A stretch of DNA of 64,000 nucleotides from Macrostomum hystrix (lineage: Eukaryota > Animalia > Platyhelminthes), in contig CATNEN010000015.1 of NCBI GenBank assembly GCA_950097015.1, positions 2,025,188 to 2,089,187 on the forward strand, given 5' to 3'. Each line of letters starts with the position of its first letter. Position 1 is the first letter of the stretch. Shown piece by piece: positions 50,047 to 59,700 of the stretch. The notes under the pieces are model-generated. The model was given only the letters and a program-made list of their open reading frames with translations, did no database searches and had not been told where the DNA came from. A program made the position numbers and the translations under genes.

Positions 50047-50446
50047 TGGGGTAGGTGAGAGCGAACACCGAGTTACGGAGGCCACCGCCACAAACTTGGC
50101 TCGCATCTCCGTTGCAGCTCGTGCTGCAGTTGCCTTCGCTGACTGCTCCCAGCGATCCGTAGGCTCTGCCGCAGAAGCACTGGAACCCCGCCTGCACCCC
50201 GAAGTACGGGAAGCCGCCGAGACTGCAGAGGCCCGCGCAGAACTGGGGCGTCATGCTTCCAGTTCTGATGCCGAGGCTGGAAACGGAAAAACCACCAACT
50301 TTTACAACAGCAGTGAGCCCGTCCAAGTCTCTGTTACTGCCCTTGTCCTTGTAGCAGCCGATGTAGGAGACCTGGAACAGCCGGCCAGCCACGCAGGTCA
50401 TGACGGCACACGCAGCCAGCAGTGTGTGAGTCAGGCGTAAGCTCAT
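50047..50446 (-). pseudogene. W9: intact signal + WSC exon (near-identical to W7) whose own PAN exon is missing
   Basis: Phase-1 donor GTGGGT at 50046. W7 homology stops ~50 nt into the intron, at the 16-bp repeat. No exon 2 between 49000 and 50000. Confidence 0.75.
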
Positions 50447-50758
50447 TGTTTAGTGACTACTTCAGGCGTCAGGAAAGGAGAGCAATGACCTTCTTCAGGC
50501 CTTAGAGAGCCCATTAAAGATGCCAAAGCCTGAAACCGACTTTGTAATATATACTCAACTGCTCACAACCAATAAGCCCATGCAAGTCCCATGTCTTTTC
50601 CAAAGCGTCTTCAGCACTTGAAGGCTGCCCGCAGAAGCCATTGTCAAACAATGACACTTCTGGACTCCTGAAGCTAAAATAGAGAATTCATCCCAACGGA
50701 ATAAACGAAGTCAACTACTAATTTTCTCTTAGTGAGGGTCTTACTTCTCTTTTCTCTT

Positions 50759-51107
50759 GCCAGGGTGGCTCAGTTCTCGTACACCGGCTGCTTCAATGAC
50801 GATTTTCTAAGCGTCAGAGCCTTGAACGGGCTGCAGGGAGTGACTAAACTTGGGGAATTCACTTACAGCGACGCGCAAGGTGTGTTCAGCAACACCAGCA
50901 TGTCGCACGAGCTCTGCAGCAATGTCTGCTCACTTGGCGGATTCCCGTACTTCGGTGTGCATTGCAGCCGTGAGTGCTTTTGTGGCAAGTCCTTCTGGCT
51001 TTACGGAGCGGCCAGTGAGTCCGAGTGCAACATGGCCTGCTCAGGAAACTCGTCACAGATCTGTGGAGGAAGCAGCTGGAGCTCCGTGTTCGCCCAGACC
51101 TACCCGG
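50759..51107 (+). pseudogene. W10: WSC exon lacking start codon/signal peptide, phase-1 donor and PAN exon
   Basis: Homology starts at ARVAQFS (50759), directly after the W9 upstream segment. Donor region reads CCGGTTAGG instead of CCGGGTAGG. It is followed by a ~190-bp hairpin-rich insert and then the 21-bp array. Confidence 0.8.
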
Positions 51108-51304
51108 TTAGGGGGGTGCTATCACAAGCTCGAAATTTCACAACACCGAAAAGCAATTTTTTCACAAGGTCGAAACTTCACAACGTCGAAAACTTAAATA
51201 GCAACTACCTTCATAGCAGCTATGAAATCTCTTGCTAAAGCTCTCAACGTTGGGAAGTTTCGACCTAGTGAAAGTAGCTGCTATTTTAGTTTTCGATGAC
51301 TAAA

Positions 51305-51540
51305 CTGAGACTACTACCTGTGTGGCTGAGACTACTACCTGGGTGGCTGAGACTACTACCTGTGTGGCTGAGACTACTACCTGGGTGGCTGAGACTACTA
51401 CCTGTGTGGCTGAGACTACTACCTGCGTGCCTGAGACTACTACCTGTGTGGCTGAGACTACTACCTGCGTGCCTGAGACTACTACCTGTGTGGCTGAGAC
51501 TACTACCTGTGTGGCTGAGACTACTACCTGGGTGGCTGAC
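51305..51540 (+). repeat. 21-bp minisatellite after W10, ~11 units, retained although exon 2 is gone
   Basis: GAGACTACTACCTG[T/G/C]GTG[G/C]CT units. Confidence 0.93.
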
Positions 51541-52704
51541 TAGCTGCCTGGTTGGGAAATATTCAATTAAGTTTTTTAATTCCTTTTTCCTCTTATCATC
51601 GGCTTTTGCATTCAGGCTTAAAGTTACTTTGTTAATTGGAGAGCAGCTTTTAGACTACGAGTTCAAGGTTTATACAGGTTTCTGAGTCGACTGCAAGCAC
51701 GCGACATTCTGTCGACGCGCGGCGCAAGTTTTGTAGTTTTAAAGCATTCTAGTTTGTAGTTTTGTACCTTGTAAGCTTGGATGCTTGTAAACTCGTTTTA
51801 TTTCAGCAAAAATGAATTTTACATTCTCTTTCCTGAAAGCTTCTTCTTAACAAATGAATTAGGCCTGGTCCGCTCACAATTGCCAAAAAATTCATGTCAC
51901 TGTGGCGCGACTTGGCTGTTCCTATTGACAACCTCTAACTTAACCCTTAGTGTTCTCTTTGTCAATGTACGCAACTTGCTCGCGCGGCACGATACAACTA
52001 AGTTACATTAGGTTGAAACGGTCTCATCGTGTTTTTCGCCCTTGCTAACACTATCTCAGAGTTCGTTGTGCAGACCAGACAGACGTGATGTGCTTTCTAA
52101 AAATAGCAACTGACGTCAGTGACGTGCAAAACGTCACTCCTACGTCACTCCTACGAAGGCCCTGACTCATGATCGAAACACCAAGAACAGTAAATATGTT
52201 TACTATACTTTTACGAGACAAAGACGCCAGCGCGGGACGAAGAGGTGATGACTCTTGAATTGTGCACTTGAAGTGCACAAGAAAGAACACTTATAGCGCA
52301 GGCGCGGCTAGGGGTGAACAGGCGGGCAGAGAGAGAGACAGTCCAGACGGCACGAGAGAGAGGTGGGTCGGACAGTCCCTCAGTGTCAACGAAAAGGCAC
52401 CAAAGCTACCTAGCAGGTGGGGCACTGAAAGCTAGAGAGACACCAATAGACCCCTAGGCTGTTTTCAAACAGATTCCACGCAGACTACTTGCTTGCAAAA
52501 GTAACACAGCGAAGATCATAAAAGAACTGTATTACTATCTACGAGTACTTACAGCTCTTCGGCGTTCTGGTTGGGTAGAGAAAGTTCGCAAGTCTGTCTT
52601 TTTTCGAGTAGCAACAGAAATTATGACAACTAGTTATAATCCAGGCATCAGAATTAAATGACAAAGAACTGCGCGTTAAATTCTAAAGTCTACAGAAAAT
52701 CACC

Positions 52705-53413
52705 ATGAGAGCTTTGGTCTCCGCTGTCTGCTGCGCTCTGCTGGCCGTCGCGGCTGCCAGGGTGGCTCTGTTCTCTTACATCGGCTGCTTCATGGACGAC
52801 TATCATCGCGTCAGGGCCTTAAACGGGCTGGATGGAGTGAGCAATCTTGGTGGATTCACTTACACCCACGGTTACGGCGTGCGCAGCAACAAAATGTCGC
52901 ATGATTTCTGCAACAATGTCTGCTCACTTGGCGGATTCCCGTACTTCGGTGTGCAGAACAGCCGTGAGTGCTTTTGTGGCAAGTCCTTCTGGCTTTACGG
53001 AGCAGCCAGTGAGTCCGAGTGCAACATGGCCTGCTCAGGAAACTCGTCACAGATCTGTGGAGGAAGCGACCGGAACTCCGTGTTCGCCCAAACCTACCCG
53101 GGTAGGTAGTTCTAGGAATTCGTGGAGTTCGTAGAGTTCTAGGAGCCGTGACTTAGCCTTAAAAACTTGATTTGCAGGTAGGAACATCTTCACCCGGACC
53201 CAAACGCCAAGCCTGACTGTGGTGGCCACTTATACCACATTCTGGACAAGCGCTGTGACATTGAAGATCAAGTGCGTGGCTCAGTGCCATGCCAGCGCTG
53301 ACTGTCAGGCTGTGATCTCCTCAAAGATTCGAAGTCAGTGCTACCTGCTCAGGTTCGCCTACCCACCGTCTATCCTAACTGGCGTTGCTGGCGATTTCTA
53401 CCTGCGAGGCTAG
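52705..53413 (+). CDS. W11: secreted WSC + PAN-like protein, 2 exons (52705-53101, 53178-53413), intact
   Basis: GT donor at 53102 (phase 1), TTTGCAG acceptor ending 53177, in frame. Ends GDFYLRG-TAG. Confidence 0.9.
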
Positions 53414-53453
53414 AAATCGGAGGTAGAAGGTTAGATTACCTAGATTACAGTTA

Positions 53454-53641
53454 GATTACTACCTGCGTGGCTGAGACTACTACCTGCGTGGCTGAGACTA
53501 TACTACCTGTGGGGCTGAGACTACTACCTGTGTGGCTGAGACTACTACCTGGGTGGCTGAGACTACTACCTGCGTGGCTGAGACTATACTACCTGTGGGG
53601 CTGAGACTACTACCTGTGTGGCTGAGACAGACTACTACCTG
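53454..53641 (+). repeat. 21-bp minisatellite after W11, ~9 units
   Basis: Starts ~40 nt after the stop. Homologous to 12418-12577. Confidence 0.92.
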
Positions 53642-54388
53642 TTTATTTGAGATTAATTCCTTGGTGTGAAATACTCGTGAAATACTTTAAAATTATTATT
53701 TCTTTAACTGCGAAAACGCGACCCTATCATCGAAGCCAAGGACTGCAAAATGAAAGTTTTTTTCGTCCTTCGGTAAAGCTTGGATGCAGCTTTAGTTTTT
53801 CAGCAAACACAAACGCAGAGCAAACTGATCGCTAGACTCAGTTAAATCCGGTTAAATGATTCTTACAACTTCTTTCCAGAAAGTTTATCCTCAACAAACT
53901 AGTCTGATCTGGTGCGCTCACCGTTGCCTGAAACTTCACTTCAATGTCAGTTTTCTTAAGTTACTTTCTTCTGTAAAACATTGGAAAAGCGACAGAAAAT
54001 AACGGAGGTGAAAATAATGCAGGTGACAGAAGCACAACCGGTCCTATGCAGAAGTTTTAATCGATGCTTATAGAATCTAGAGTTCTAGACTTTCTTCATC
54101 TCCATATTCTTAGGCTGTCATTCACGGGCCGGCAGAGCTGCTGGCTGATCGATAAAATCAGAAGAAACAAGAGACCAGTTTTCTAGTGGTCAAACACTGT
54201 CGATTGTTTCAGAAACGTTTACAAGAAAAAAACTATTTTCAAGATATTTAAAGCGTTGAAGCCATTGCATTTGCAAATGGCGGTTGCGGCAAAAATCTGT
54301 ATATTGTTATTGTTATTGTCATTGCCCTTTCGCTAAATTGCAATTCTATCTCTTCTCGTATTTTCTAGCCCCAGCTCGTGTGATTGGT

Positions 54389-54665
54389 TGAGCGTCTCTC
54401 TCGTGGGCACCCACCCCGCCGCCACCCTTACCCTGTGCGACTGTGTGTGGCTGAGCGTCTCTCTCGTAGGCACCCACCCCGCCGCCACCCTTACCCTGTG
54501 CGACTGTGTGTGGCTGAGCGTCTCTCTCGTAGGCACCCACCCCGCCGCCACCCTTACCCTGTGCGACTGTGTGTGGCTGAGCGTCTCTCTCGTAGACACC
54601 CACCCCGCCGCCACCCTTACCCTGTGCGACTGTGTGTGGCTGAGCGTCTCTCTCGTAGACACCCA
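54389..54665. repeat. 63-bp minisatellite, ~4.4 copies
   Basis: TGAGCGTCTCTCTCGTAGGCACCCACCCCGCCGCCACCCTTACCCTGTGCGACTGTGTGTGGC repeated. Confidence 0.92.
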
Positions 54666-54966
54666 TCTGGTGCCACCCTTCCATCTTGTTATCCGTCTCG
54701 AGACTCAATAAAAGTAAGTGGAGTAAAACAGAATGTGACACAAAAAGATGCACTGAAATGTTGTTTTAATTCTTGTAAAAAATCAGTTAAGAATATAACA
54801 TTTATTCAATGAAAATGTGCAAGAGCAAAATTCTTTATAGATCACAGAATATTTTGGAAATATTTTACGCATGGTAAAACTGCTCATTGATGTTCAATTG
54901 TCAGCGAACTCTACTGAAAAAATAGGGCTTGGGAAGTTGGGAAGTACCTCATGAGCAAATATTGAA

Positions 54967-56663
54967 TCACTTGTCAATCAGGGTGACAAGAATATTTGGC
55001 AGGCCGTACAGGATCATGTTGAACGAAGTCCGGTTCGCAACTGCAGTCTCTGCGGCCTCCGAACTGTCCGGACCGGCTGCAGTGCTGGTGCCGGCTTCCA
55101 CTGTAGCTCCAGCCCCTCCTGCTGAACCTGCCCGCTGCTGCGGCTGCGATTGTTGTCCTTCGGCACCTTCAGCCGCGGGTGCGGCAGCTGCGTCTCCACC
55201 GAGAGCTTCACCGGCAGCCGTGGGCTCATCCGACTGCGCAGGAGCCGCGGTCGCTGCCGCAGTGGACACTCCGTCGTCAGGACCCGCGCGCTTGTGCGGC
55301 TCGTAGATGAAATTGACCGCCTGGCCGATGGTCTTGCCGCCCTCCAGGACGTCTGCAATAGGGATTTTAGCTGCATGTTTAGTCGGGCTTCGGGGGTCGG
55401 TGGCAGAGCGGTTAACACGTTTGTCTCTCGCACCAAGGTCCATGAGCTCAATTCCGCGGCGAGGCCACATTCACTTGGGGCGCAGCCGCGGAGAGAAGGC
55501 TTGGGGGCTTGATGTGCAATTTACTCAATTGAGGGTCAACCTCCAAGGTACAGTGAAAGTTTACACTGCCTGACGATGAGAAAGTCACGGCAGATGTACG
55601 CACCTGTGTGAGCGTATGCCTTCGTCTAGCCATTGTGGGTGTGTGTGCTCAGGAGTCAGCGAAATGGGCAGAATTGCCTCTTCTCTGGCTGCGGGTCGTG
55701 TCCCCAAATGATGTTGGATAACGCCCAATATTATTTGGGATGTGAACACCTAGATGATAAGGGGGATGTTACGTTAACAGCAATTAGTCCAAACAAGAGG
55801 CCTTCAGTTGTCTCACCAGCCAGGAAAGTGTCCAGTCGGGTGGCATTCTCCTGCAGTGTGCTGGCCCACTGGTGGCAGCACAGAGCGGGCACACCAGCCA
55901 GTGTCATGAGCAGAGCGGTCTCAACTGGCTTCTCGAGCTTGAGCTGGTCGCTCCGCTTGACTACATCGATTTTGCTCTGCCGTAGGAAGCTCTGGCTGGT
56001 CTGCGCCATGTCAAACAGGGCCACCAGGCGGCAGTCCGTGAGGCCGAGACTCGCCAGCGCGTGCGGCGGCAGGTGGGCCAGGAAGCGCTCCATGCCGTAG
56101 AAGATGAAGCCGGTGCCCTCGCGCAGGTAGACCTCGTACTCGCCGACGCTTGGCGCGTGATCGTCTCCGGTGACGCCGAGCCAGCGCGGCGTGAACTGCT
56201 GGACCCTCTCGGGCCGGTCCATCATGGCGCGGAACTGGTCCAGCGGCTTCCACTGCTCAGTGTCCGCGCAGTCCAGGTACGGGTCCACCACGTGTCTGAT
56301 GTGGCTGGTGTCCACGGCCAGGTGACCCGGAGGCACTGGGCGCACCTGTGAGGAGGTGACATTTCGGTGTTTCGAGATTTCAGATCGATCACGTGACTTA
56401 CGGAACGTATCGGATTGAAGAGTGTCGTTTTTCTCAAATAAGCCTACTGTTAGTAGAGCAATGCAAATATTATAATTTTTTAGAGCCTTCATGCTTGATT
56501 CGCTGAAGTCTAAGCTGAACCCAATGCCATAGATCTTTGCCATCGGTACTTTGGCCCCTGAGAACCACCCCTTGCCCCTGAGAAGAGTGTACCCTGCTGA
56601 CGACAGTGAAGAAGTCAGGGCAGATCTACACTACGATGTGTGCAACCTGGGTATGGTGCGTGC

Positions 56664-56703
<40 letters not shown>

Positions 56704-59700
56704 GTGTGTGTGTGTCTGTAGGCAGTGGAATGGACAGAATCGTCTATCGCTTGCTGCGGGTTGACTGTCACCAAATGATGTGCCCTGCTGTCAGGAGTGA
56801 TGGGTGGAATGCTTGATGGGCAGGTTACGGTTGCAGCGCTTACCAGCGGGATGATTTTGCTCAGCTTCTTGCTGGCATCTCGCAGTCCGGGAATCCTGCT
56901 CAGCGCCTTGCTGCCCTTCTCCTTGCCGCCCTTGCCACCGCCGGCGCCGCCGCCACCGCCACCGCCAGCGTTGGCAGCGCGCTGCTCGTCATCGACGTCC
57001 TCGTCGGCACCGCCGGGACCGCCGCCGCCTCCATCGTCATCCAGCAGGTGCTTAGAGCCGAACATGCGGCGGGCCACCAGCTGCAGGCTGAAGTCACGAC
57101 TCATGCCAGCCAGGCTGTCGAAGTGCAGCTGCTGAAGAGCCTCCAGGGGCAGCTCGGCCAGGTGCGGGTCTATCAGCATCACCAGACAGTCATCTGGCTG
57201 CTGCTGCTGCTGCTGCTGCATCTCTCGCCTGCTGGTGCTGACTGTGGTGGCCGAACTCGGCCGGTTGAGGCGCTCGAATCGGTGCAGAGCGGGGCCCAGG
57301 TACTCGGCGGTGTCGCCAACGAGACGGTTGAACCATGTCTGCAGCAGCTCGAGGTCCGCCCGGTGCTCCTCGGTCAGGCAGCTCTGAGGGGCGGGGAAGG
57401 AAGTGGGAGTGGGACTGTTTCACTTTTCACTTCTCATCTGATTCGAAAGCACCAGGTGTTGAAACCAGAGCAAAGCTGTTTATTTCGAAATTATTTGTCT
57501 TCGGTGAAATAAGGTTAAACAAAAAAAACAAGAAAACTAGGTTCGGACAGGTTATTGATTTGTTGATTTGTGTGTTATTTCACTCGGCACACGAGTTTGA
57601 GTAAATACGAGCTAAATAAATGTAGCACTGCGGCGGCCACTGGCGCAAACACTCTAGACAGTTAAAAGTACTCTGAAGATGTACCCACAGGTATGATGTT
57701 GTTTATCAATTCAACAGCTCTGATGACCAGAGCGTCACCTACGTGGGGAAGACTAAAAGGCACCTGCACCCGGAAGAGCGCTTCAAAGTCATTGACCAAT
57801 GCTCATTTGACTCCAAACTGCAGATTCTTGAAGTGTTGTACAGTAAAGCACATTCCCCCAACTCCAACACAGTGGCGCGGGCTATGTTCTCCGTGTGTTC
57901 TGACGGAGGGGGTGGGCTGTACATTCTGTACTGTTGGCTGCAACGCTAACAATCCGCCCCGGGACTTTGCCTCTCGACTTACGCACTAACAAATATGTAC
58001 TTAAAATATTCATTAAATTTACACCCTAACAAATTTCATATTTATTCACTTCTCTACTCGTTTTCTTCATTTAAACTAAACCTGAAGATGCACACTGTTG
58101 TGCGAAACGCGTCGTTCAATTAAATGTTGATTTTCACTTTTCTATTTATCTTAGTCGCCAAGCGACCAACTCTACCTGAATTCTACATTTGAAATATCAC
58201 CCACTGGTCCTTCTACTGTTAAATGCGTCAGAAAAGCTGGGGTTAATTGACACTGTTAACTGAAAAGCAAAAAAAACTGCAGACGCGGCAGGTAACAGTA
58301 ACTAGGGAGCCAATCATGAAAAGGCGGATGCTAGTCGCAGACCACAAAACAATGACTTACATCGATGGAGTTTGCTGAACGCTGAAAACGAATTCCGACT
58401 TTAAGGATTAGCGTGCAAAACACATGCCACTTAGAAGTGCTTTCAACTGAGTTAGAACTAATTTTGTTAAAGTGTGCAGCTAGTTACTGGATGTAAACTA
58501 CTCATTAGCTAGTAATTTAAACTATAAACTAGTACTCCCACAAAACACTCCGCCATCAGAATTAGATCTAAGATCTAATTGGTTAGATTCAGTCTGTGCG
58601 CAAATATCAAAAATGTACTTTTAGCGACCGACAGGACAGCTTAGTGTCTAACAGTTTGATTGGCTCTTGTGTCTAACAGTTTCACTGATTCTAGTGTCTA
58701 ACAGTTTGATTGGCTCTTGTGTCTAACAGTTTCACTGATTCTAGTGTCTAACAGTTTGATTGGCTCTTGTGTCTAACAGTTTCACTGATTCTAGTGCCTA
58801 ACAGTTTTATTGGCTCTTGTGTCTAACAGTTTCACTGATTCTAGTGTCTAACAGTTTGATTGGCTCTTGTGTCTAACAGGTTGGCTGACTCTAGTTTCTT
58901 GAGTAAATCCTGACGTATCTTGAGCCTAATAAATAACGAATTATTCTAGGTAAGAAGTTCAACAGGTGGCACCCACAATTTGAACATCCCGCCCACTCAC
59001 CGCTGACGCGCCAATCTCCCCGTCGACTCCAGCCGTGATGGCCTCCAGCATCCGCCTTTGCCTGGCCGCCTGGCTGCGCTGGTACTCGTGCTTCAGCAGC
59101 AATGTGCCGACCTCCGACTTGAAGTCGTGCATGCTGTCCAGGAGGCGCTCCAGACGCTCTCGGCTAGTGTCCAGCCGCAGAATGAAACTGCGGCCCAGCA
59201 TCTGGCCCGCTCCGCCACTGGTACCGCCTGCTCCCCGGCAGCCTGAGCTCCTGAATGTGCGATGCGCAATGGGTCACCTTTTAGCCGCAACTCTGGTACG
59301 CTGGTAACTCTGGTACTCTGGTACTCTGGTACTCTGGTACTCTGGTACTCTGGTACTCTGGTACTCTGATGCTCTGATGCTCTAGGACTCTGGTACATTT
59401 TTACTCCAGGACTCTGGTATTCTGGTATTATGTTTCTTTGTTATTCTAGCTTCATGGTACTCAAAAGTCAGCAGAATTAACCAGCGATGGTAAGTCACTG
59501 CTTCTCTGCCTTTTTTAAAGTATCTCAGTACTTAGAATTGATAATTTACTCACCTTTTCCAGGCTTGGCCTTCTGCCTCTCCGTGGCTCCGGCGTACAAG
59601 TAGCGATAGTCGGGACTGTGCTGAAGCAGCAAGAAGCTCAGGAAGGGCGGCAGCGACTTGCCGATGTCCTGATGCGCGTGGTCCACGCAGCTCTGGCGCC

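Noticed and set aside
54389-54665. 63-bp repeat contains CTGTGTGTGGCTGAG, resembling part of the 21-mer
   Set aside because: The match is short and low in complexity; a relationship is not supported.
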